This document shows, one piece after another, positions 8,255-16,277 of a DNA stretch of 32,000 nucleotides (positions are counted from its first letter, which is position 1; each line of letters starts with the position of its first letter). Origin of the DNA: Candidatus Hermodarchaeota archaeon. GTDB lineage: Archaea; Asgardarchaeota; Heimdallarchaeia; Hodarchaeales; Hodarchaeaceae. Under the pieces are notes generated by a model. The model did no database searches. It saw only the letters and a list, made by a program, of their open reading frames with translations, and was not told where the DNA came from. Where the stretch lies: contig JBHLKY010000012.1 of NCBI GenBank assembly GCA_048886185.1, positions 37,981 through 69,980 of the forward strand, in the 5' to 3' direction. A program made the translations under genes and the position numbers.

Positions 8255-9487
8255 TCATGTAATGATTGAGAAAAAGTTAATAATCCAGGGACGAATTTCT
8301 ACGAGCAATTTTTCCGTTTGTATTTCATCTCTTGATTTTAATTCGGTACTAATCGAACAAAGGAACAACATAAGGGAATCAAATTCTAATCTATCAATTA
8401 TAATAAATATTCCTCCCAAATGACTTAAAATCTCAAGCTTCTTATGCTCTTCATCACTCTCGTACACTTCTTTACGTATTGCTTCCATTATTTCTAAAAA
8501 TATCTCCCCACGCTGCTCATTTGTCAATTGATCAGTCCACTCGGCTGCTATAAAACAATTTTCAGTCAATAAGAAACTTGCTGTCAAACCATGAGTTTCA
8601 GAGTAAAATGCTAAAGAGTCACTCAAGATAGTACTCAAGGGGGAAACATCTGCAAAAACTCTTGAGAAGAGTTTAACCAATCCTTCAACATCGAAAATAC
8701 TTGTTTTTAAAACCTGATATTGGTCTTGGTACCCATGTTTATTTAATACAGGAGTAACATCATTTAAGATCTTATCAATAGATCCATTGAGATAGTTTTT
8801 GTCGAGAATTGGATCATATTTATGCAAAACAATGTAAATTTTTGGTTTTTCTTTTAAATAAGCAAATTTTACTAGCAGGTTATTGAGATATTGGGCTGCT
8901 TCTATTGACCGTTCTTCTCTCTGGCTATCCAACACGAAAATAAGTAACATAGTCTTTGATAGAAACTGCCTAGGATCATCCAAGTAGAGGCTTTGGAAGC
9001 TTGCTTGACCTCCAAGATCCCAAACAGCTATCTGAAGCCCAAGAAATTTGAGGTGTTCAATTGACGCTCCTAGGGTAGGAAAATTAACAGGTGTAGTTTT
9101 CTGTTTTTGAAGAGTTTTTATAAGACTAGATTTTCCTACTGCACCTAAACCAGCAATACAAACACGATGTGACGATAAGGGGATTTCGGTACTAGAGGAA
9201 AACCTGTAAATAATGGAGGCTGAAAGGGTCCATTTTTCTAACAGTTTTCGACTAATTCCTATTTCCTCAGATATTTCAGGATCGAGATTTGCAAGATCAG
9301 ATATCGTACTTACCTTAGCTCGTCTTTTTAACTTCATTGCGTAATACTTACCAATCCCAATGATAGCTTTAGTTGTAACTCCAGCTAAGTCCTCTCGATT
9401 GTACCTGTTAATTGGTTTCTCAAGATAATTGTCCATTATTAGACTCTTTATTCTATCTGGAATAGTTTTTTTTGAGCCACTGGACAT
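8255..9487 (-). CDS. HhH domain + Arf/Rag-like small GTPase + longin/roadblock-like domain fusion
   Basis: HhH IIGIGKYYAMKL; G1 GLGAVGKS, G2 PTLG, G3 DLGGQ, G4 HKYD, G5 TSI; C-terminal alpha/beta module (LTASFLLTENCFIAAE). Confidence 0.8.
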   Translation of the reverse strand: MSSGSKKTIPDRIKSLIMDNYLEKPINRYNREDLAGVTTKAIIGIGKYYAMKLKRRAKVSTISDLANLDPEISEEIGISRKLLEKWTLSASIIYRFSSSTEIPLSSHRVCIAGLGAVGKSSLIKTLQKQKTTPVNFPTLGASIEHLKFLGLQIAVWDLGGQASFQSLYLDDPRQFLSKTMLLIFVLDSQREERSIEAAQYLNNLLVKFAYLKEKPKIYIVLHKYDPILDKNYLNGSIDKILNDVTPVLNKHGYQDQYQVLKTSIFDVEGLVKLFSRVFADVSPLSTILSDSLAFYSETHGLTASFLLTENCFIAAEWTDQLTNEQRGEIFLEIMEAIRKEVYESDEEHKKLEILSHLGGIFIIIDRLEFDSLMLFLCSISTELKSRDEIQTEKLLVEIRPWIINFFSIIT

Positions 9488-9817
9488 TCTAAGCCACCAC
9501 TTCTTTCACAATCTTTACAAAAATTGATTAAATGTTTTTTTCCTTTTTCATACAATTTTCTCTTTTCAATGGTAAATTAGGATGGTCAACATTTATTTGT
9601 CAAACTCCTTAACCTTTGCGAGAAATAGTCGAATCTTGTTCATCTAGGTTTCATATGTCTTCATAACTATAATGTCATTGAAATCATATCTGAATATTGA
9701 CAGAAACAGAGTATATTTTTTTCTTTTATCAAATATAAAAGTCCTTAACTTATTCCTCAATGCGACCGTATTTAAGTATTTTAACTTTTAATAACTTACA
9801 AATCTGGTGATATCTCA

Positions 9818-10510
9818 ATGGAAGCAATCATTGAAGTAAAAGACCTCTACAAGACATTTAAAGTTCCTGGTGGCGAAGATATTCAAGTACTCAAGGGAAT
9901 TTCGCTAAAAGTTAAATTAGGTGAGTTTATTGCCATTATGGGTCCTAGTGGGAGTGGAAAGTCAACTTTTCTGAACATTTTGTCTAGTATTGAAGACATT
10001 ACGAATGGAAAAGTGCTAATTGACGGTGAGGATCTTTCTACAGCAAATTTGGTAAAAACCCGAAGATATAAATCTTCAATTATTTTTCAAGATTTCAATC
10101 TACTTGCGTATTTAACAGCTTTAGAGAATGTTATGTTCCCAATGATGTTAACGGGCACAAACGAGGAAAAAGCTAAACAGAAAGCTTTGGAATTACTTGA
10201 AAAAGTGCACTTAGCCCATCGAGCTGACCATATCCCTGATGATCTAAGTGGAGGGGAAAAACAGAGAGTAGCAATCGCTCGTGCACTAGTAAATGACCCC
10301 AAAATACTATTGGCTGATGAACCAACTGGGAATCTGGATTCGAAAACTGGAGATTCCATTATAAAATTATTCAGAGAAATTATCTTAGAGAAAAAAATTA
10401 CAATAATTATTGTTACTCATGATATTCAAGTAGCTAAGAAAACTGATCGAATTTTAATCCTTAGAGAGGGAACTTTACACCGAGAAGATGAAATTTTGGA
10501 GGATCTCTAA
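9818..10510 (+). CDS. ABC transporter ATP-binding protein (LolD/MacB type)
   Basis: GPSGSGKST, LSGGEKQR, DEPTGNLD, THD; GGTGA RBS upstream. Confidence 0.95.
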   Translation: MEAIIEVKDLYKTFKVPGGEDIQVLKGISLKVKLGEFIAIMGPSGSGKSTFLNILSSIEDITNGKVLIDGEDLSTANLVKTRRYKSSIIFQDFNLLAYLTALENVMFPMMLTGTNEEKAKQKALELLEKVHLAHRADHIPDDLSGGEKQRVAIARALVNDPKILLADEPTGNLDSKTGDSIIKLFREIILEKKITIIIVTHDIQVAKKTDRILILREGTLHREDEILEDL

Positions 10511-10512
10511 AA

Positions 10513-13500
10513 ATGGACGAAAAAACATCCGTAGTTCCAAAGGCAGGCCGCCTCAGGCCTCAGGATAGACTCTCGTATATCTGGCACGCGATCCGTTCAT
10601 TACAAAGAAATAAAAGACGTTCATTGTCAATGACTGCAGGTTTAATCTTAGGAATTTCAATATTATCTGGGATCTCTCTTTACTCTACAGTACTAATGGC
10701 GAATGTGTACGAAAGCATTATTGAGGGGTCTCCTTATGAAATTAGGATGGATTTTAAAGAAGTTTTAAATGATACTCAAATTGAAGATTATAATGCTATT
10801 TTCTCTTCTCATCCTTGGATTTCCGATTCTCAAATTCTCTATGGTAACGCCAGGACAATTATACAAACAACTGGTACGTCAACTACGATTTACGTACCGG
10901 CATATCTTGAAGCGGAGATATTAGTTGAATATAGTAATGAAACACACGGTGGTTCATTTGGTGTAATTTTTTCTTCTGAAATGTACCAAAGTAAATACAT
11001 TGGAAAGAATATTAGAGATAGGTTAATTACAGGATCAGACCCAGGTATTTATACTGAAAATAGTTCTTATTATCATGGAGTATTAATCTCCGAATCCTTA
11101 GCAGAATCAGCAAAATTACAACAGGGAAATACATTATCCGAATTAAAATTATCAATTGCAATTGAAGATCCAAATAATCCGGGTTATCCTTTTGTTGAAA
11201 GAGAAAAAATATCAAGCATTGTGCTAGTAAATGTTTCTATAGCTGGCATCATGGCAACTGGGGATGAAGCATCTGCAGGACTATTCACGGAAGCTATTCA
11301 AGGTTTATCTGGAGGTGGGGAAATTTATATTCCTAAAGAACTCCTTGTGGATTCTAATAAAAACTCATTCCTTGAGGAATTGAATAAAAATGAAATGAGA
11401 TATTGTGCTATAAAAATTGATGAAGCTGATTTTGATTTATCAAATCCATCAGGAGTCTCTGGTAAGATAAATCGGCTAATAAATGAATTTGAAGCTGACG
11501 AACTCCTTGTAGGCTCGAATTTAGTTGAAGGAAAATTACTTCCTTTTCAAATCATGAGTATCTTCATATTCATTTTTGATGGAATTTTAACAATTCCAGT
11601 AGCTATGTTGTCTCTCTATCTGCTATCATTCGGCATAGATATCTCCCTACATGAAAGACGCTATCAGGTTGGCATCTTGAAGACTCAGGGCGCCAGTCCA
11701 AAACAGATTAAACGGAAGATTCTTTTTGAAGCTCTCCTGTTAGCTATATTAGGATTAATAATTGGTTATATTGTTGCAGTATTTGGAGCATGGGTTATTG
11801 GAACTGCAACTGGTTTCATGAAGTGGAGTGACACGGCCATTTCAGAATTACCTGATTTTCTGCTTTTACTTATCAGAATAGATCAAACTGCATTTTTTGT
11901 TGTTGGAGGATTTATTGTTATTATCCTTATAATCATGGTGAATGGAAAGACAAACACCTTCATTTCTATGGAGATTACCGAAACAGTTCGTCGAACAGAT
12001 GAAACCAAAAAGCAGAATTTTCTCCGAAGGAATAATCTTGACATTGCTTTCTTTGGAATTGGTCTTTTTGTACTTATCCTTGTCTTTTTGCAAGAGTTTG
12101 GAGTTTCAATAAATCTTGGGCCGATGATAATTTTCCTTGCACTTTTGGGCCCCCCATTTTTCTGGATTGGGGGTGCTGCGGTTGTGGCTAGGTTAGCAGT
12201 CTGGATTCCCTCAAAAACAGATCCAATCGTGAAAAGAATTGGCTTTCTCAAAGATGTATCAGTTCTTATTAAAGGGAATATTTTTCGAAAATCAGGAGAT
12301 ATTCCTAGGCTTGCACTTATTATTGCTTTAACTGTTTCGTTTGCTATCCTTGCTGCTGTTCATGGTGCTTCGGGAGAAGTACACCAAGAACGTTTAATCA
12401 CTCATAGTGTTGGTGCGGATTTAGCTATCACGACTGCGATGGATTTTTCTTCCTTAACAATTTCAAGAATTAAAGCGATAGATGATGTCCAAGAAGCAAT
12501 GGCCATAACATCAACCTCAGGGATGCTGCGTAATGATCCAGTTTTAATTTATAGTGTTGATCCAGAAGTGTATGCCACAGTTGGAATATGGCACAGTGAT
12601 GCAGTACCAGATAATGGAAATAAGGATGAATTAATGGCAGCCCTCAAGGAAAATCCGAATGGTTGCTTAATAGGACATAGTGCTTTAACTGAAAAAGGAT
12701 TAAAAATAGGCCAAAATGTTTCCATGGAAATCTTAACATATTATTTCAATAGCACAAGTTTAATGATCGAATTTGGTTATGTACCGTTTAATACTACGAT
12801 TCTTGGCGAGTTTGACCATACTCCAGCTGGTATAGGTAGCAGTTCCTTGATTATTAGTCATAATTTGCTTCATGATTTGATGGATTTTTCCACTATAGTT
12901 GCCATTTTTGACACATTCCCCGACGAATACAAAGAAAACTTCCCCCCATTTCTTGTACAATTGATCACCAATTTTATTGAGAATCCAAAAGAGATTCTAT
13001 CCTCAAAATATCTTGTCAAGTTAGACAAATCTGCTAATGTTACAAAAATACAAGAAGATTTACGTACCGATTGGGTTATTAAAGTAACAACTCTAAAGGG
13101 TGAGCTGCGAAAAGCTAATGAAATTAAACAAATGGATTACGGTATTCCAGGCCTTCTTACCGCGGATTTTGTAATCTCACTTGTTGCCGCCACTTTAGCG
13201 ACATTCATTTTTATGAGTATTTTAATGGAGCAACGAAAGAAAGAATTTGCCATTCTACGCAGCTATGGTGCATCACAACGGCAAATTTACAAAGTTGTTT
13301 TTAGTGAAACCATTGTTTTACTTTTAACATCTGTAATCTGGGGTTTATTCATAGGATTAGGCCTTTCTATTCTCTTCAATCCTTTCTTTGAGTTTATGGA
13401 TGTTTTCATTACTCCATTGAGTGCTCTAACAAGCGGTGGTTCCCAAGTTAAAAGACTCTTAATCTTTAACTGGCTAGATTTACTAATAACAATGACTATC

Positions 13501-13587
13501 ACATTTCTAGCTATGCTTTTAGCAACATTCCTTAGCGTACGTGGAGCATCACGAGCAAAAATTTCAACAGTAGTTAGGGAATTATGA
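10513..13587 (+). CDS. FtsX/MacB-like ABC permease, double-length
   Basis: Two large extracytoplasmic domains and two FtsX-like TM blocks (ERRYQVGILKTQGAS; QRKKEFAILRSYGAS). Confidence 0.9.
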   Translation: MDEKTSVVPKAGRLRPQDRLSYIWHAIRSLQRNKRRSLSMTAGLILGISILSGISLYSTVLMANVYESIIEGSPYEIRMDFKEVLNDTQIEDYNAIFSSHPWISDSQILYGNARTIIQTTGTSTTIYVPAYLEAEILVEYSNETHGGSFGVIFSSEMYQSKYIGKNIRDRLITGSDPGIYTENSSYYHGVLISESLAESAKLQQGNTLSELKLSIAIEDPNNPGYPFVEREKISSIVLVNVSIAGIMATGDEASAGLFTEAIQGLSGGGEIYIPKELLVDSNKNSFLEELNKNEMRYCAIKIDEADFDLSNPSGVSGKINRLINEFEADELLVGSNLVEGKLLPFQIMSIFIFIFDGILTIPVAMLSLYLLSFGIDISLHERRYQVGILKTQGASPKQIKRKILFEALLLAILGLIIGYIVAVFGAWVIGTATGFMKWSDTAISELPDFLLLLIRIDQTAFFVVGGFIVIILIIMVNGKTNTFISMEITETVRRTDETKKQNFLRRNNLDIAFFGIGLFVLILVFLQEFGVSINLGPMIIFLALLGPPFFWIGGAAVVARLAVWIPSKTDPIVKRIGFLKDVSVLIKGNIFRKSGDIPRLALIIALTVSFAILAAVHGASGEVHQERLITHSVGADLAITTAMDFSSLTISRIKAIDDVQEAMAITSTSGMLRNDPVLIYSVDPEVYATVGIWHSDAVPDNGNKDELMAALKENPNGCLIGHSALTEKGLKIGQNVSMEILTYYFNSTSLMIEFGYVPFNTTILGEFDHTPAGIGSSSLIISHNLLHDLMDFSTIVAIFDTFPDEYKENFPPFLVQLITNFIENPKEILSSKYLVKLDKSANVTKIQEDLRTDWVIKVTTLKGELRKANEIKQMDYGIPGLLTADFVISLVAATLATFIFMSILMEQRKKEFAILRSYGASQRQIYKVVFSETIVLLLTSVIWGLFIGLGLSILFNPFFEFMDVFITPLSALTSGGSQVKRLLIFNWLDLLITMTITFLAMLLATFLSVRGASRAKISTVVREL

Positions 13588-13597
13588 GGTGAAACTA

Positions 13598-14629
13598 ATG
13601 AGTGCTAAAGATAATTCAATGATTAATCAGGATACAGAAATGCCTGCTTCTGAATCTTATCCATTACTCTCTGCTAAAAGTATCTATCACATTTACCGAG
13701 GGAAAGTAGAACATTCATCAGTTGTTGCCTTGAAAGGTGTAAGTTTTGATCTCGATTATGGTGAATTTGTTTCAATTGTTGGGCCTTCAGGATCAGGTAA
13801 ATCTACATTATTACAAATTATTGGAGGACTGATGCGTCCAACAGCTGGTTCTGTATTCTTTGAAGGCCAGGAGATAAACAAAACTCCAGAAGAGGAACTG
13901 ACTATGTTTAGAAGGAAGCAAGTTGGTTTTGTCTTTCAAGAAGGAAACCTACTTCTTGATCTTTCTGCTTTTGATAATGTTAATCAGAGTATGGCACTTT
14001 CTGGTCTTCCGTATCAATACCGGAAGAAGCGTACACTCGAATTACTTGATCTGATGGGTGTCCTTCACAGGAAAAATCAAAGAGCCAATCGTTTAAGTGG
14101 TGGAGAAAGACAAAGGGTAGCAATTGCGAGAGCAATGGCAAACAATCCTAAACTCATTATTGCTGATGAACCAACTGGGAATGTTGATTTCAGTACTAGC
14201 GTCAGGCTTTTAGAGCTCTTCAAAGAGCTAAACCGTGAGACTGGAATGACCATGCTTACAGCAACACATAGTAACCACGTTGCTGGGTACGCTGATCGAA
14301 ATATCGAGTTAAGAGATGGACTATTATTGGGATTGCATGGAAAAGGGATTGATCTCTCGCAATTGGACTTATCTCGGATGGTTGTGATGGATAGTGACAA
14401 TCGAATCACCCTTCCTGCAAACATAATTGAAAGATTGGGTTCTTTTGGTAGTTTATGGACTATTGATGTTGTTGATCATACAAAAATACTCTTGACCTCA
14501 CTAGAATCCCTCACTGAACAAGTCCCACAGACAATCAGTGAAACTGATGAAAATAAAGTATGTCCTGTCTGTAGTGCACTAAATCCTATTCGTGGGCTAT
14601 ATTGTATTTCATGTGGAGCAAAATTCTAA
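13598..14629 (+). CDS. Second ABC ATPase with C-terminal AbrB-like and zinc-ribbon extensions
   Basis: GPSGSGKST, LSGGERQR, DEPTGNVD; AbrB-like MDSDNRITLP; CPVC..CISC. ATG 13598 is preferred over GTG 13589 because GAGGTGA at 13586-13592 sits as an RBS. Confidence 0.9.
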   Translation: MSAKDNSMINQDTEMPASESYPLLSAKSIYHIYRGKVEHSSVVALKGVSFDLDYGEFVSIVGPSGSGKSTLLQIIGGLMRPTAGSVFFEGQEINKTPEEELTMFRRKQVGFVFQEGNLLLDLSAFDNVNQSMALSGLPYQYRKKRTLELLDLMGVLHRKNQRANRLSGGERQRVAIARAMANNPKLIIADEPTGNVDFSTSVRLLELFKELNRETGMTMLTATHSNHVAGYADRNIELRDGLLLGLHGKGIDLSQLDLSRMVVMDSDNRITLPANIIERLGSFGSLWTIDVVDHTKILLTSLESLTEQVPQTISETDENKVCPVCSALNPIRGLYCISCGAKF

Positions 14630-14740
14630 TGAAATTTGAAGTGAAGATAAACACAAAAATGCTTCCCAAGATTTTAATATGCTAAATAAATTTTTCACAA
14701 ATAAATATTCTGGGATTCTTGAGATATTAGAGGTTAAAAT

Positions 14741-14878
14741 ATGAATAAAGAAGTTCCTGAAGACAAACCTGATGAAGAAAACAATAAAGACGAGAAAAAG
14801 AAAAAGGATTCAACTGCTAAATTATTATACTCCTATCCTCTAGGCCCTAAACTCAAAAAAGGAACAGGACGTAAATAA
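14741..14878 (+). CDS. Small 45-aa charged protein (below ORF-track cutoff)
   Basis: MNKEVPEDKPDEENNKDEKKKKDSTAKLLYSYPLGPKLKKGTGRK*, with GAGGT 6 nt before the ATG. Confidence 0.55.
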   Translation: MNKEVPEDKPDEENNKDEKKKKDSTAKLLYSYPLGPKLKKGTGRK

Positions 14879-15343
14879 TTAACAAAGAAGACCGAAGAAT
14901 TGGTCAATCTATCAGAAAATAAAGATTGTTTCTAGTGAATAATCCCATAAGACTTGGTTTAAATTGAACTACCTTCTAAAGAACTCCAATATATCCCAAA
15001 AACCAATGGTTACTTTCAAAATTCTTATATATTAATGTTATTTCTAATATTGTTATATTTAGTTTATTTTTAATCATCACAGAGATAAATCTTTTGTTTT
15101 TTGCCTGGAATCTATATAAAAAAAGAAAATAATGTCAAAAAATAGAAGATAATGAATTATAAATACTAATCCGAATACAATAGTATTAAAGGAAATAGAA
15201 GTAATAAAACATCAAGACATTTTATCTTGCTTCAATTGGAATATTCCTTTTAATGAAGCCAAATAAGAGTGAATTCAATTCTCTTATATTCCGAGGGCTG
15301 ATAAAGTAACAAAGACAGGTCTCAGGTAGAGATGGATAGGTAG

Positions 15344-15877
15344 ATGACCGAAATCACATCGAGAGATGAATTCAAAGTTAAAGTTTGTATTCTTAGTCAT
15401 CCTGAAGAACTTGTTAGTCATTTTATCCAGAAACTACTGCAGAAACATAAAGAAAGAGCATTAAATCGCAATTTCGCAGCTTTAGGTCTTAGTATATCAA
15501 CAATAAGCCTTTTTGCTGATGATAAACCAGTAAAACTTATTCTTATTCAGACGAGTGGTCAAAAATTTATGGAAAAACTACGTGTTTACTATCAAGGTGC
15601 ATCAGGAGCTATCATTCTTTTTGAACGGAATAATTCTGACTCATTTGAATCCGCAAAGCGTCATTTTCATTATTTTCAAAATATTATTCTGAATCCAAGG
15701 GCTCCAATCATTTTTATTGATGTTCTTGAAATCAATCCTCTCATTGATGACCCTGAAAGATTAACAGGTTCACCAAATGTCCTATACTATGAGATCAATG
15801 AGAACAATTTTCAGGCTTTTAATGATATTATTGAGTCTATCATTTACACCTATATTTCAACTAGGGTAACGTCTTAA
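15344..15877 (+). CDS. Rab-like small-GTPase-fold protein with degenerate nucleotide-binding motifs (pseudo-GTPase)
   Basis: Keeps the Rab-like scaffold (FKVKVCIL, LGLSISTISL, VKLIL, YYQGASGAIILF), but G1 = SHPEELVS, G3 = QTSGQ and NKxD is absent. Confidence 0.7.
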   Translation: MTEITSRDEFKVKVCILSHPEELVSHFIQKLLQKHKERALNRNFAALGLSISTISLFADDKPVKLILIQTSGQKFMEKLRVYYQGASGAIILFERNNSDSFESAKRHFHYFQNIILNPRAPIIFIDVLEINPLIDDPERLTGSPNVLYYEINENNFQAFNDIIESIIYTYISTRVTS

Positions 15878-16277
15878 CGTTAAATATTCCTTTTTTGTCA
15901 CGAATTAGGTATAATAAATGTTAAAGCTAGCTTTCTATAAATTTTAAATTGAAAAATTCATGAATCTGTCGTTTAACATTAATTTTAGATTTATTTATTT
16001 CTTAATTAAACAGGAGCATAAAGGCTGTTTATGTGGACAATTTCTTATTACAAAAATAACAGCTCTCGGTTAGGACTATTATTGCACGCAAGGCAAGGCA
16101 CTGGAACTCATAGAGGCCGAATGAGGCTAAAGTTAAGAGTTATAATAACTTCAGGACACTTTTACATAAATAATAGTGTATCATCTAGGTTCTTATTCGG
16201 TGATTTTGGTTCTCATCAGAATAACGATCAAATGTCAAATATTGAATTCGGAATTCTGTAAATGGTTAACGTTTTTT

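Noticed and set aside
14890-15240. Hydrophobic minus-strand stretches (e.g. CFITSISFNTIVFGLVFIIHYLLFF)
   Set aside because: Stops occur in all frames, and T-rich DNA produces hydrophobic translations by chance.
15263-15287. Imperfect palindrome ATAAGAG..CTCTTAT upstream of the pseudo-Rab gene
   Set aside because: Only 7-bp AT-rich arms, compatible with chance.
16031-16261. 76-aa plus-strand ORF with an upstream AGGAG
   Set aside because: No recognisable family, the RBS is too far from the ATG and the composition is unconvincing. It could be a decayed fragment but cannot be supported.
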